Below, piece after piece: positions 11,902 through 26,230 of a stretch of DNA of 64,000 bases. This DNA is from Eledone cirrhosa. Taxonomy: Eukaryota. A model generated the notes under the pieces. It searched no databases. It had not been told where the DNA came from and saw only the letters and a program-made list of their open reading frames with translations. The position numbers and the translations under genes were made by a program. The first letter of the stretch is position 1. Every line of letters begins with the position of its first letter. The stretch lies in NCBI GenBank assembly GCA_964016885.1, contig OZ024755.1, positions 43,524,001 through 43,588,000 on the forward strand, in the 5' to 3' direction.

Positions 11902-12879
11902 ATATGTATTGTCTGAGGGCCACACATGACAACTAATTGTGTACATTATAACTAATATTTTTTATTTTATATTACGCTGGCGCTGTAAAACCCTCTGTGT
12001 GGGTCGCAGGTGTGCCTGTAAAGGGTTGACCCATCAATTTACTTTCAATCATCAAATATTTTAGTTCTTTAACACTGAAATATAGGCTCAGATATAATAC
12101 CTTGCGCTATTTATTCCGCCTCTCTCTGCTCTGAGTTCAAACCCCACCCAGGCCAACTTTGCTTTTCATACCTTCAAGATCAAAAAAAAAAGTATCAGTC
12201 AAGTACTGGGGCTGATTCTTCCTCTATACCTCTCACTGTCTATCATTCTCTGGAAGAAATCAGCAGTGTTCAGATCTGGAGAAGAAATGGGTTCCATCTG
12301 GTTTTAAAGAATGCCCAAGAACTGCTGTCACTACAGTTCTAGAAATTATGTGTCCATACAATATTGAAATATAAAAGACATAGCTAGGTCGTCGTAGAAC
12401 CTATTGGCCAGTTTTCAATATTGGTTCATTAGAAAGGAAAGTGGATTCACCATGACTACAGTGACGGAATTAATGAATTAATGGTAGATTTGTACCATTA
12501 CATCCGTCTCAAGTTGAAGGGGAAATCTATTTTTTCCTATGGTTTTTGATGTGTTTTGAACATATGGCCTTCAAAACAACCAGAAATTATAATTTTTATT
12601 ATTTAGCGGGGGAATTACACAGGTGTTAATAATCCCCCACTTCTCTTTCTACGGAAAATGGAACATGCAAAAAGAAAAAAAAAAACTTTCCCAAAAGCTT
12701 CCAGTAAAGGACATTGGTTAATGTAAATAGTTATCGAAAATACCAAAGTTGTGACAATAGAATTAGTGTACAAGTTCTTCTGTTGAAGAAATTGCATACA
12801 TTCTGGTCCATATATATGTAAATTTGGAAGTATGTTCATCCATAAAATGTATGTATATAAAAGAATATATTTAAATAGG

Positions 12880-13012
12880 AGAGGTGCATGGCCCAGTGGT
12901 TAGAGTGTTGAACTTATTATAATGTCATGGGTTTAATTCCTGGTCTGGGTTGTGTGTTGTGTTCTTGAGCAAAATACTTCATTTCACTTTGCTCCAGTAT
13001 ACTCAGCTGAGA
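12880..13012 (+). mobile_element. Degenerate CORE-like SINE family B
   Basis: tggcccagtggttagag ... gttcttgagcaaaatacttcatttcac. Confidence 0.6.
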
Positions 13013-13460
13013 GTACTAGTAGCAATGTACTGGTGTCATGTCCAAAAGGTTTCTTGTACTCTCAGTTGCTTATTTTTACCTAAATTCTTTGCAGAAGGGC
13101 CTCAAATTTCATATAGCTTAGGACTTCAGCAAGTGAAAGTTTAGCCCTGTTTTGAAGAAACTTCGACATTTAGAATACAGCTACAACTTAGAATAATGTT
13201 TGCAGCTTTTTGTGTCTTTTGCAATTCTCAAAATATAATTCAGCTTTAGTAATATTTTACAGAAAAATCAAATGATAGATTATTTACATAGGGGACAGGA
13301 AAGAGAAGACACAGGAAACTCCTCTCTTCATGTGATAGATTAAATTTTAATTGAAAATTTGAGAAATTACCACAGAATTCCTATTCCATAACCTCAGGGA
13401 AGATTTAGGGACATGAACAAACAAGATGTTAACATTTCTTCTGTTAATTTAAACAATCTT

Positions 13461-13635
13461 AATAATTGTTTCTACTTTTGGCACAAGGCCAGCAATTACC
13501 CAGTGCATTACTGGTACTTTATTTTATCGACCCCGTAAGGATGAAAGGCAAAGTCAACCTCGGCGGGATTTGAACTCAGATCATAAAGGGACGTAACTAT
13601 GCTGGAAAGCATGGCGTCCGACCCTCTACCGATAC
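13461..13635 (-). mobile_element. SINE family A
   Basis: Nearly identical to 1069-1269. Confidence 0.85.
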
Positions 13636-13780
13636 TTAAACAAAGAATTATAGGTGATACAGTCGTAAAGAGGAAAACTTCATGAATGTTGTTATATCAA
13701 TGGTGTGGTAAAACATATTCAATGAGTAGTATTGTCATTTTTATTCTAGGAATAACAATATTAATATATCAAGTGCTGCA

Positions 13781-13930
13781 TGGAAAGCACATGGCTTAGT
13801 GGTAAAGGTGTTGGCCTTACGATCATAATGCCGTAGGTTTGATTCCTGGACTGGGTTGTGTGTCATGTTTTTGAACAAAACATTTCATTTCACATTGCTC
13901 CAATATACTCAGCTGAAAATGAGTACCAAC
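13781..13930 (+). mobile_element. Degenerate CORE-like SINE family B
   Basis: catggcttagtggtaaagg ... ggtttgattcc ... cacattgctcca. Confidence 0.6.
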
Positions 13931-14340
13931 AATAGCTGAGCTGAGGGGATTGGTGTCTTGTCCAGGGGAAACATGCTATGAGAACAGGAATCAGCACCAG
14001 TTAGATGAGCCTCCAGGTTTGAGACAGACTTTAGACTGCATGGACGGGTGTTACTGCCACAACACTGCTAAAAGGCAACACAACCTTTAATTGAGATATG
14101 CATTTGTAATCTACCTGTGAGCAAGCTCATTTCAAGATCAACACAGATTACTGTTATTGATATGTCTAAAACGATGATGATGACGATAATGATATGTCTA
14201 AAACAATCTCATCTCTAGCAATATTTTAGACAATTTCATCTAATTAAAAATATGAGAGCCACAGAAGAACAAAAGGACTTTGAAAATTGGTTGATTCTAC
14301 TTGGAAATGGAACCACTCCATGTATTAAAATTCTTTAGTA

Positions 14341-14677
14341 TCATCATCATCATCATTTTATGTCCGCTTTTCCCTGCTTGCAAGGGTGGGACGGGAACTG
14401 ATTCTGGCTTGATTTCTACAGCTGGATGTCCTTCCTAACATCAACCTCATTTACAGTGAGTGCTGGGTGCTTTTTTGCCGTGACACCTCCACGACCACTT
14501 TGCAGTGGAATGATAAGGACCCCAGTCCCTATCATCTCATTTCTACAGCTGAGTAAACTGGAGCAATGTGAAATAAAGTGTCTTGCTCAAGGACACAACA
14601 CATCACCCGGTCTGAGAATTGAACTCACAACCTTTCGATTGCAAGGCCAATGCTCTAACCACTAAGCTATGTGCCTC

Positions 14678-14679
<2 letters not shown>
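14341..14679 (-). mobile_element. CORE-like SINE family B, full length
   Basis: Near-identical to 1630-1963; (gat)n tail; followed by (CA)n. Confidence 0.85.
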
Positions 14680-14753
<74 letters not shown>

Positions 14754-15119
14754 GTTATCAGACACAACCACCACTACTCTTCTCCATTCATTGAGCTTTG
14801 TTGTGTTGTCAGGCTCTCTTCGGGTTGAATAGGGTCTGTGGGGGCGAACATCTCTATAGGTATTAGAGACACCCTAATAAATGTAAACATTGCTTTATTC
14901 TGAGGAGCTGATTTACCACGGTCATACAAAATAGTGGGAATTGAATTCTACGATAAATCCTATTGGACTAGCATTTCTAGATCTTGTTCACATGTAGACT
15001 GGTGAAACATGTGTCAATTATATAATAAATGTTAATCCTTTAACTGTGATGTCATATTCATGTTACTTATAATTCTGTCTCCCACACCCCTCTCATCCTC
15101 CCTTCCAGCGAAATCCAAA

Positions 15120-18100
15120 ACTTCAGAATTGGTACCATGAACGTAGGCACATTGAAAGGTCACTCAAACAAGGTTGTAGAAATGCTTGAACATAAGGAAG
15201 TTGATGTTTGTTGTATTCAAGAGATTAGGTGGAGGGGTGGGCCTGCTAGATTCCTTGTGGGCAAGAAACAATGCTATAAGCTTTTCTGGATGGGTTGTGA
15301 TAGCAGGCTGGGTGGTGTTGGAATTATGTTAGCAGAAAAATGGGTAAATAGAGTGAATGAAAGGATAATTAAAATAAGATTAGTTCTAAATAGGACAACT
15401 GTATCAATTGTATCCGCTTATGCACCCCAATCAGGATTACCAGACGTTATTAAAGACAGGTTCTATGAGTCTCTGCTCACTACTTCCCAGATACCCAACA
15501 GTGACTCTATAATTATTGCTGGCAACCTTAATGGTCATGTTGGACAACATTGTGATGGCTATAATGGAGTCCATGGAGGTTATGGGTTTGGTACTAGAAA
15601 TGATCCTGGAATTTTGTGATGCAAATGACCTAACTGTCTGTAACACAAACTTCAAAAAATGTGACAGTCATTTGATCACTTATAGATCAGGGGAGCACAC
15701 CAGCCAGATAGACCTTATCCTTATTAGAAAACAAGACAGAGTGTCTGTTATGAACACTAAGTCCCTCCCCCGGGAAGAATGCACCTCCCAACATATCTTA
15801 ATAGTTAGTGACCTCATAGTCAGGGCCAGACGTAATTGCTGGCAGAGGAATACCTTAAGGAGAAGATTATGGAAGTTGAAGAACCCTACAGCCAGTAAGA
15901 AATTTAAAAGCATATTACTTGATGCTTTTGATAGTGAGGAAGAACAATTAGAGACATACAATGTAGCGGAACAGTGGGAATTCCTGAAAGTTAACTTGTT
16001 GAAGACGACTGATGAAATCTGTGGCTGGAGCAGACCATTAGGCAGGAGGAGAGTGACTTGGTGGTGGAATAGTAAGGTGGAGGAGGCCATCAAGGGTAAA
16101 AAGCAGGGTTGGAAAAAATGGCAGGACGGGGGTAGTAGAGAACTCTATCGGGTGGCTAGGAAAGAAGTTAGACCACAAGTATACTTTGTAAAGAGGGAAG
16201 AAAAGGGTAGTAAGTTGAAGCAACGTGAGGTGTTGAGGATTGCAAGGCAATGTGTCAAGGAGAACTGTGATATTGTCGGGGAGACGTGTGTCCATAATGA
16301 CGATGGTGTACTTGCCCTCACTGATACTGATAAGAAGGTAGCTTGGAAGTGTCACTACGAGAGACTACTGAATGAGCAGAATGAATGGAATAAAGATAGT
16401 CTGCCCCACATTGATCCAAAAGAAGGACCAGCTGTGCTAGTTAATGGTAGTAAGGCAATCAAAGATATGAAGACAGGCAAGGCAGCTGGGCCTTTCGGGA
16501 TAGTTGCTGAAATGTTGAAGGTATCTGGAATGGTGGGACATACTATGGTCACCTGGGATAGTAAACCAAGTAACACAGAATGGGTCATACCAAATGACTG
16601 GTGTAGCAGCAGCATTATAAACTGCTACAAAAGCAAAGGAGATTCTCTAGATAGAGGAAACTATAGAGACATTAAGTTAGTTGACCAGGTCATGAAAGTC
16701 ACAGACAGAGTTATTACTCAACTGATTAAGGACCGAATTGATCTAGATGAAATGCAGTTTGGGTTTGTGCCAGGTCAAAGCACCACGGATGCTCTCTTCC
16801 TTGTACGGCAACTACAGGTGAAGTACCTAGCTAACAGTTAACACCTCTACTTAGCTTTTGTTGACTTAGGTAGGCCCTTACAAAACTAGTAATGGAAAAA
16901 TGGCTTGTGAGAGCTATACAAGCCATGTATAGAGGAACAGTCAGCAACAATGAATATAGTGAAGAATTTAGTGTAAAAGTAGGGGATCATCAGGGCTCCA
17001 TCCTTAGCCCCTCCTGTTTATTATTGTCCTACAGGCTACAACAGAAGGGTTTAAGACAGGCTGCCTATGGGAACTTCTATATGCAGATGATCTAACTCTC
17101 ATAGTTGAATCCATATCTGAACTAGAGAATAAGTTCCAAACATGGAAGCATGGCCTAGAATCAAAAGGCCTTTGAGTCAACTTGTCTAAGACTAAAGTTC
17201 TAGTATATAGAAAGGAAAATAGGGCACAAGTACCCTCTGGGAAATGGCCATGCTCAGTGTGTAAGAAAGGAGTAGGTAGAAATTCCATTCTATGCCCCAA
17301 ATGCAAATTATGGGTACATAAAAGATGTAATGGGATCAGAGATAAGCTATCTAAGAATGTAGACTTTATATGTGGCTAATGCTCAGGTGCAGTAAGTCCA
17401 GATGGTTCTATAGAAATAGTAGACACCTTCCGTTACCTGGGTGACAAAATCAGCAGTGGAGGAGGGTGCTCTGAAAGTGTAGTAGCCAGAGTTAGAACGG
17501 GATGGAAAAAGTTCAGAGAGCTTATACGGCTGTTGGCCACAAGGGGCTTTTCTCTAAAAATGAAAGGCAGATTGTCTGATGCTTGTATACGAACAGCAAT
17601 GTTACATGGCAGTGAGACATGGGCATTGTGTGTTGAAGACTTACGTAGATTAGAAAGAAATGAAGCTTACATACTCCGATGGATGTGTAATAGTAATGTG
17701 CGTGAACGGTGAAGCATAAACAAATTGAGAGAGATTAAGCATAAGAGGTATCAAATGTTGTATTCTGGAGAGGAGATTGCGTTGGTATGGCCATGTGATG
17801 CGTATGAAGGACAACAGCTGTAAAAAAAAGTGCAGGGCACTGAAAATTGATGGGAACTACGGAGTGGGTAGACCAAGAAAAACCTGGGACGAGGTGATAA
17901 AAACTGACCTTGCTCATTTACACCTCTCAAAAACAATGTCACTGGATCGAGATCTTTACTGCCATCTAGTTGTACAGAAGACCACTTTCCTTTGCATACA
18001 AACCTACAGCACCTCTTAACCCAATATACACCCCACCCACACACCCTACCCCATCATACAATTTCTGTATCGATGACACAACAAAAATGCTCCCAGTCAA

Positions 18101-18273
18101 TACTGTAAAGGTTGTTGGTGTTAGGAAGGGCATCCAGCTGTAGAAAACCTGCCAGAGACACTTCTGTACGAGCGAGACACGGTCTCCCGACCATTCTCGC
18201 ATCAGATGGAACAAAACCATCTAACCTATGCTAGAGTGGAAGATGGATGTTAAACGATGATGATGATGATGAT
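15120..18273 (+). mobile_element. Near full-length but disrupted RTE-clade LINE (APE + RT + PHD-like finger + 3' UTR)
   Basis: APE motifs MNVGTL, CCIQE, SAYAPQ, GNLNGHVG, SQIDLIL; RT QFGFVPGQSTTDA and ELLYADDL; C-terminal LRWYGHVMRM...GRPRKTW; (gat)n tail; several frameshifts and stops. Confidence 0.92.
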
Positions 18274-18687
18274 ATGTATTATATATATGTAATATATATA
18301 TAATACATATATATATATATATATATATGCGTGTATGTATATATATATATATGTATATGTGTGTATATGCATCACTCAGTCAAACGACCAGATTTCAACC
18401 CCAACATCTACAACAACAACACCAGCACTAATGTTTACAGCAACGACAGCTTCAGAATGAATTGAAATGAACATTTACAACAACAACAGCGGCATCAAAC
18501 GATAAAAAAAAGAAAGGGAAAAAAAAAAAATAAATAAATAAATAAACAAAAAAACTCAAAATAACAAAACACACACACACACACGCACACAACACAACAA
18601 TAACATCAACTGCCACCACCACCACCACCACCACCGCCGCCATCACCATCACCAGCGACCGGCCTTAAGAAAACAACTTTAATAATA

Positions 18688-18865
18688 ATAATTTTTCTGC
18701 TTTTGGCACGGATCCAGTGACTGGCCCAGCGCATTACTGGTACTCTCTTTTGTTGACTCTTTTTGTTGACTCTCTTTTGTTGACTCCGGATGAAAGGCAA
18801 GGTTGACCTCGGCGGGATTTGAGCTCAGAGCGTGGAGAGCCATAGCTCTATGCTGTAAAGCAATT
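18688..18865 (-). mobile_element. SINE family A (diverged, internal 13-bp triplication)
   Basis: ggatgaaaggcaaggttgacctcggcgggatttgagctcag; ctctttttgttga-like unit x3. Confidence 0.7.
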
Positions 18866-18937
18866 ATAATACAAACGTCTTCAACTATACGAACTCTTGA
18901 AAGTCAACAGTTGACATAATCTTGTAATCTTGTATCA

Positions 18938-19040
18938 GTAATTGTTTCTACTTTAGGCACAAGGCCAACAATTACCCAGTGCATTACTGGTACTTTATTT
19001 TATCGATCCCCGTAAGGATGAAAGGCAAAGTCAACCTTGT
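18938..19040 (-). mobile_element. SINE family A, 3' half
   Basis: taattgtttctactttaggcacaagg...aaagtcaacct. Confidence 0.8.
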
Positions 19041-19492
19041 GACGGTAATATATATATATATATGTGTGTGTGTGTGTAAGTGAGTAGCGTGTTTGTATGT
19101 ATGAGTGTTGTTGTGTGCACGCGTATGTATGTATGTGTGTGTGTGTGTATGTCGTACGTATAATGAGTTTTTTTTTTTTTTTTGCGCGCGAGGACATAGA
19201 AATAATCGGGCTGGATGCCCGATCGCGCAGTTAAACCACTGGGAGCCCAGGACCCCTAGCCTTTGTCAGGGCATTCTTCTAGGAGAAGGCATCTCAGGAA
19301 ACTGGGTTAGCTCCGACATAAAACCTGCGGCTCAGTAGTTACCGATGATGTTGATCTTTTCTTCTTTTCGGGTTATAGCTACTGTCGCTCAGAGAGTGGG
19401 ATTGGCTCAGTGCACAGTCTTTCCTCACTTTAAAAATATTCGTCACACACAGGCATTGCACGATTGCATTAATTAATAATTATTAATAGTGT

Positions 19493-21922
19493 ATTATTAT
19501 TATTATTATTATTATTATTGTTCTTTGAGTCTCAGTCATTGATGTTAGTTAACTGGAAAGTTTGTTGAAATGAATATCAAGCCATTACCTGCAGCCTCTG
19601 ATATTCAGGACGTATCGGAGGGTTCTTGCTGTTCCCAGCAAGCATGCCTTTTGAAGCGTTTCAAAAAGCGTGGCAGGGCCAATTTTCTTTAACCATCCCT
19701 GGAAACTTTTTGAGATAGTACCTCGTGCGCCTATGACAATCGGGACCACTTTGACTTCATGTCAGTTCCAAATCCTTTTTACCTCCCACTTTAAGTCCTG
19801 GTATCGGTTAATTTTTTCCCTCTCCTTCTCTTGCACTCTCGTGTCGAATGGGCAGGCCACATCCACAATCAGGCACAATCTTTTTTCCTTGTCCAAAACC
19901 ACCAGGTCAGGTCTATTCTGTTCCAGTTTCTTGTCCGTCTGTATCCTAAAATCCCACAGCACCTTCACCTGATCGTTTTCTATCACCAACTCTGGCTTAT
20001 GCTCATACCACTTCTCAATGTGGTAAATTGTTTACTTTGCATAGGTGCCAGTGGATCACCCTGCCCATCACATCATGTCTCCAGCCCTTATAGCGAGTCT
20101 GGGCTAGGTGTTTACACTCGGATACAATGTGAGCCACAGTCTCCTCTCTCTCTCCACAGATCCTGCAGAGTGGGCTAGCCTCCTCCTTGTAAATATGGTG
20201 TTTCAACCACTTCGTTTTGAGGGCCTGCTCTTGCGCAGCCATTAGCATTCCTTCCGTAGTCTTTTTAAGGTCTCCTCCATGTCTGTGGATCTCTGAATTC
20301 AGTTTTCTCAAAGAGTGTACTTTGAAGGGATTTTTCATGAAGGCTGCTCTTTCTCCTTGTTGTTATTTCCTCCTTGGACATCGCCTGGTCTATTGTCCTC
20401 TCCTTCAGTACAATTCTTATTATCAGTCACGTATTTGTGTAGGTTGTTTTTCTCCATCTGAACACAGTCCTCTATGCTGATAAGACCTCTTCCACCTATC
20501 CATTTCTTTTTGTTCGGCAACATTCCATCTCAGAATTCCCGCACTGTACCTAATAATAGACACAGCTCGGGAATTTACTGCACTTATGGCATTCCTACTG
20601 TTCAGGTGTGACTTTAATACGCTCCTTACTCTCCGAATGTATTCAGATCTTATCAATTCCTTCATTTTTTTGTTCTTGATGTCATCAGCCTCCAGAACAC
20701 CCAAATACTTGTATCCTTCTTCAGTGTCAATTTCCTTTATCATCTCACCTGTTGGTACCTGGATTCCGTTGCTTCTGCTCATTTTACCCCTCTTCATCAC
20801 AAGGACTCCACACTTACTAATACCAAATTGCATACATATATCACTGCTGAAAATACAGACAGTGTCAACAAGCACATCCAACTCCTTCCCACTCTTCCCG
20901 AAGAGCTTAAGATCGTCCATGAAGAGGAGGTGATTGATGGTAAGCTCTCCCTTTCCCAACTTGTATCCTGCTCTCACTTTTCGCAGTATAATGGTCAGGG
21001 GCATCAGGGCAAGAACAAACAACAGAGGCGACAGACTATCTCCCTGGAAGATACCTCTCTTGATCTTCATGCCTCCCAAGGATTATCCAGCTGATGTTAA
21101 CTCTGTTTCCCAGGACTTCATACTTTTGCCCAACAACTGTCTGATGTTATCTGCCACCTTGAAGATCTCTAGGCTTTTGGTGATCCAAGAATGAGGCACC
21201 ATGTCAAATGCCTTTTTGTAGTCTATCTATCCTATGGCAAGACCAGTGTGTCTCCTCTTGCAATTCCTCATTACCATCTTATCAATAAGTAACTGGTCCT
21301 TTGTACCACGGGACTTCTTTCGGCATCCTTTCTGTTCGTCCGGTAACAAGTTGTTTGTGTGGAGGTGATGGTAGATTTCCTCAGACATAATGCTTGTCAA
21401 CAGTTTCCACATTACGGACAGGCATGTGATAGGTCTATAGTTGGTAACATCATTACCCTTGATTCGGCCTTTCATTACCAGAAATGTGGTACCTTTTGTC
21501 AACCACTCTGGTACCTCACCTGACATCAAGCAGTCGTTGAACATGGTTGTCAGTTTCGGGTGGAGGGATGTTATATTTTTAATCCAATACCCCTGCACAC
21601 CATCTGGGCCTGGTGATTTCCAGTTGGTTAGTTTTTTGGCCTGCCCCTTAAGAGTTTCAACTGTGATACTCAAATCAGTTTGTTGGTGTGCCTGTTCACT
21701 AATCTCCTTTTGTACTGTCTCAATCCACACTGCCTGGTCATTATGTTTAACATCCTGCTCCCATATTCCTCTCCAGAATGTCTTAGTTTGTTCCGCCTCA
21801 GGGATCAAGTCGTTGCCTCTTTCTTTCCCTTCAAGCTGTCCAAACAGCATCTTCTGGTTGTTGTCAAACATGCGGTTCTGTCTATACTGACTGACTCAGC
21901 TCTCGTATCGCCTAATCTTTGC
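19493..21922 (-). mobile_element. 5'-truncated R4/Dong-like non-LTR retrotransposon (RT, CCHC, REL endonuclease), disrupted
   Basis: WKSPGPDG, NYRPITCL, IFQGDSLSPLLF, HLLFMDDLKLF, CRICGEREETVAHIVSEC, RPDLVVLDK..IVDVACP; (TAA)n at both junctions. Confidence 0.9.
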
Positions 21923-22550
21923 ATATTATTATTACTTGGTTTTTGTATACACCACCATTTTCACATTCAGGAAACGTAATATATAGTTTATATGTCCTTC
22001 ACATAATTAACGATGATTCCGTATTGGATGTTTGATGTATTAAGTTAAATTATTATAGCTTGTTGCGGCTCAGTGTTCTTTAATCCAAAACATTATTTTG
22101 CTTCTCATTTATACTATTTTTCTGCACACAAGCTTCTTTATCATATACAAAAAATACCTTACCACTACAACCTCCATAATACTCTTGATTACCCGCTTAA
22201 AGTGCTTGTATTACATGTAACACCCTGCCGCACAATAATCATATATAAATAAGACACACATGCATGCTCCACGTGTAACTAATGCATACAATAATTACTA
22301 CAACTGACTAACAAACTATCCTCTTGCATTATCTACGTTAACTGCCAATTGTATTTTAATCTTGCTTTGATGTATTTTAATTTTAATTTTGCTTTGATTC
22401 TGTTTTAATGTGATTTTGATTTTGAATTTAAATTGCCATTCAGAAATAATATAATATATGTCACCCCACTGTACATCAATATATACATATGTATCTGTAT
22501 GTCTCTTGCGTTGGAAAGGAGGTCATGTATGTGTACAAACATTGAAAAAT

Positions 22551-22595
22551 GCTCTGAAGATTCCAAGCCTCGATTTGGATGAAACAATTGTAAGC
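22551..22595 (+). ncRNA. Minimal type I hammerhead ribozyme (Penelope-type)
   Basis: gct CTGAAGA t-tccaa-gcctcgat-ttgga-t GAAA caattg TA agc; palindromic stem III acaattgt; GUA site. Confidence 0.75.
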
Positions 22596-22635
22596 GAATA
22601 AATGCTTTGAAAATAGCTTTGATTCCTGTGAATTC

Positions 22636-22644
22636 TATATATAT

Positions 22645-22699
<55 letters not shown>

Positions 22700-22774
22700 C
22701 ACACATATATACATATATATATATATATACACACATATACATATATATATATACACACATATATATATATATAT

Positions 22775-22813
<39 letters not shown>

Positions 22814-22866
22814 TACATATACATATATACACATATATACATATACATATATACATATATATATAT

Positions 22867-22917
<51 letters not shown>

Positions 22918-23202
22918 CATATATATACATTATACACATATATATACATATATATACATTATACACATATATATACATTATACATATATATACATTATAC
23001 ATATATATATACATATATACATATATATATACATATATATACATATACATACATATATATATGCATATACATATATATATATACCCATATATATATCCAT
23101 ATATATATATATCCATATATATATATATACATATATATATCCATATATATATATATATCCATATATATATATATATACATATATATATACATATATATAT
23201 AC

Positions 23203-23268
<66 letters not shown>

Positions 23269-23438
23269 ATACATATACATATATATATACATATACATAT
23301 ACATATATATATACATATACATATATATATACATATATATATACATATACATATACATATATATATACATATACATATATATATACATATACATATATAT
23401 ATACATATACATATATATATACATATACATATATACAC

Positions 23439-23471
<33 letters not shown>

Positions 23472-23475
23472 CATA
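22636..23475. repeat. (TA)n/(TACA) microsatellite
   Basis: Direct inspection. Confidence 0.95.
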
Positions 23476-23481
23476 TTCCCT

Positions 23482-25455
23482 ATGAAAAAATTACAAATAA
23501 ACACGAAATCAAACCTATCTACACACGAATGGGAAGAATTATTCACACTTAGAAACAACCCTGAGATAACTATCAAAGAAGCCGATAAAGGCAGTACTGT
23601 TGTCATTATGAATACGGACTACTATAGGACCCTCGCACTTAACATTTTAGAAAACAACACATACTATGAAAAAACAGAAAACTACAAACACACCAAAACA
23701 ATGGGGAACCTTTTGACCTTACTGAATAAATACCGCAACAGCTTAACCACAAAAGAGTTTAACTATATAAGCCTCTTCAAATGCAATACAAGCGCTTTTT
23801 ACGGCTTACCAAAACTCCACAAATGTAAACCCATAAACGATGCATGTGACACCTCAACCAACAATTACATTGAACTAACACCACCAGAAGACCTAAAACT
23901 CAGACCAATTATAGCAGGCCCTACATGTGAAACCCACAGACTTAGCAACTTTCTGGACATCCTACTGAAACCCTTTCTACAACATATACAGAGCTACATA
24001 CGAGATGACCTTGACATGCTGAAACACCTCCCTAAAACAGTAAGTGCAAATACAATTCTTGTCTCCTTTGACGTAATAAACCTCTACACAAACATACCCC
24101 ACAACTATGGAATAACAGCAGTCCAATACTGGCTTAACACACACCCATCAGAAATACCGACACGCATCAAGAAAGATTTTATCACTGACGGACTCCGCTT
24201 TATCCTAGAAAATAACTACTTCACATTCAATGGTTCAACATACAGACAAGTATCAGGCACTACAATGGGCACGAAAGTAGCACCCACATATGCCAACCTA
24301 GTCATGGGATTCTATGAACAACAAATATACAGTCAGTCCCTTCTCTTATTTGGAGACTCTTTCCACACACACCTCAAAGCCAACTGGAAAAGATATCTAG
24401 ACGACTGCTTTATCCTATGGCAAGAAGACATGAACTCACTTACTATGTTTAAAAACATGATAAACAACATAGATAATAACATACAATTCACAATGGAATC
24501 CAATCCCAAGGAATTAGCCTTCTTGGATATTCTCATCTCTGTAATAGACGGGAAATTAGATACAGATATATTCTATAAACCCACAGATTCCAAGCAATAC
24601 CTCTTTTTCACATCAAGTCACACAAAACATACAAAACTTAATATTCCTTACAATTTGGCCAAACGTATATGTACCATAGTATCAGATCCACCTAAACGGG
24701 AGCAAAGACTAAAGGAACTAAAAGACACCCTTATCTTAAGAGCCTTTCCACTTGAAATAATCAACAATGGAATAGACAGGACAAAACACCTAAATCCCCA
24801 TCAACTTAACAATCCAAAACAGAAAACCACACTCAACACCCTGCCATATGTATCCACTTTCAACCCCAGAAATACCGAAATGTTTGATCACCTACACAAA
24901 AACCTCCCCATCCTACTTAAAGATGTAAAAATGAAGTCTATTCTTGAAACACACAAGATCCTTAAAAGTAAAAGACAACCCAAATCACTAAAACGCATTC
25001 TCACTGGACCAAATATACCCAAACCAATCCTCAACCCTACAGTTACCAAATGTGGTAGAACAAACTGTGGAACGTGCCTCTACCTCACTGAAGGACAAAA
25101 ATTTACATTTAAAGATGGCCAAACATTTACAGTAAAAAACAATTTCACCTGCAACTCGGAGAACTTGATTTACGCAATAACTTGCGGTGGGTGCAAACAC
25201 AACTACATAGGACAGACGGGCACCTCATTACGCAAAAGAATGACCATCCACCGCCAACAAATCCGGGACGCTAACACAAGAAAAATCCCCTTGAGCAGCC
25301 ATATTGCGAACTGCGCAGGAATGACACTACCCAACTTTAAAATCTTCCCCTTCTACAAGTGCTCAGATTCGTTCACACAGCAACAAAGAATAAACAAAGA
25401 AAATCTATTCCTTAACAAATTTAAACCAAAACTAAACGGGTTATCACCCCAATAG
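23482..25455 (+). CDS. Penelope-like element polyprotein: reverse transcriptase + GIY-YIG endonuclease (uninterrupted, probably 5'-truncated)
   Basis: [66 protein letters not shown]; linker CGRTNCGTC; [27 protein letters not shown]; 657 aa with no stops. Confidence 0.93.
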   Translation: MKKLQINTKSNLSTHEWEELFTLRNNPEITIKEADKGSTVVIMNTDYYRTLALNILENNTYYEKTENYKHTKTMGNLLTLLNKYRNSLTTKEFNYISLFKCNTSAFYGLPKLHKCKPINDACDTSTNNYIELTPPEDLKLRPIIAGPTCETHRLSNFLDILLKPFLQHIQSYIRDDLDMLKHLPKTVSANTILVSFDVINLYTNIPHNYGITAVQYWLNTHPSEIPTRIKKDFITDGLRFILENNYFTFNGSTYRQVSGTTMGTKVAPTYANLVMGFYEQQIYSQSLLLFGDSFHTHLKANWKRYLDDCFILWQEDMNSLTMFKNMINNIDNNIQFTMESNPKELAFLDILISVIDGKLDTDIFYKPTDSKQYLFFTSSHTKHTKLNIPYNLAKRICTIVSDPPKREQRLKELKDTLILRAFPLEIINNGIDRTKHLNPHQLNNPKQKTTLNTLPYVSTFNPRNTEMFDHLHKNLPILLKDVKMKSILETHKILKSKRQPKSLKRILTGPNIPKPILNPTVTKCGRTNCGTCLYLTEGQKFTFKDGQTFTVKNNFTCNSENLIYAITCGGCKHNYIGQTGTSLRKRMTIHRQQIRDANTRKIPLSSHIANCAGMTLPNFKIFPFYKCSDSFTQQQRINKENLFLNKFKPKLNGLSPQ

Positions 25456-25779
25456 AATTGTCATAAAATATAAACACACATACGCACGGAGTGACAGATA
25501 TGTGTGTGTATGTGTGCATGTATATAATTATCACTACTATTAAAGACCAGAGACCAATTCTGTAGAATCAGGTTTATTCGTTGACAGACCATGCCTTTGT
25601 GTGACCAACACATCCATGTTAAACCCTGCACGTGCACACACATATATCTATATATATATGCGCACACAGAATTCACCACTGTCGGTTGCGGGGCCCAATC
25701 TACATGAAGAACTCAATGTGATCAGAATGACTTGTATTTTAATTTCACTGTTCTAACTTCTTATATTATGGAAAAAATA

Positions 25780-26088
25780 TATGTGTATGTATGTATATAT
25801 ATATATTTGGAGGCCATTTCTCTATGTGTGTGGGTGTATGTATGTGTATGTGTGTATGTGTGTGCATGTGGATGTATGTATGTGTATGTATGTGTGTATA
25901 TGTGTGTATCTGGATGTATGTGTATGTATATATATATGTGTGTGTGTGTGTATATATATATGTGTGTGTATGTGTATATATGTGTGTGTGTGTGTTTGTA
26001 TGTGTGTATGTATATATGTGTGTGTATGTGTATATGTGTATGTATGTGTGTGTGTATGTATGTGTGTGTATATATATATATATATATG

Positions 26089-26137
<49 letters not shown>

Positions 26138-26144
26138 ATGTGTG

Positions 26145-26215
<71 letters not shown>

Positions 26216-26230
26216 ATGTATGTGTGTGTG
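25780..26230. repeat. Mixed (TG)/(TA) microsatellite
   Basis: Direct inspection. Confidence 0.9.
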
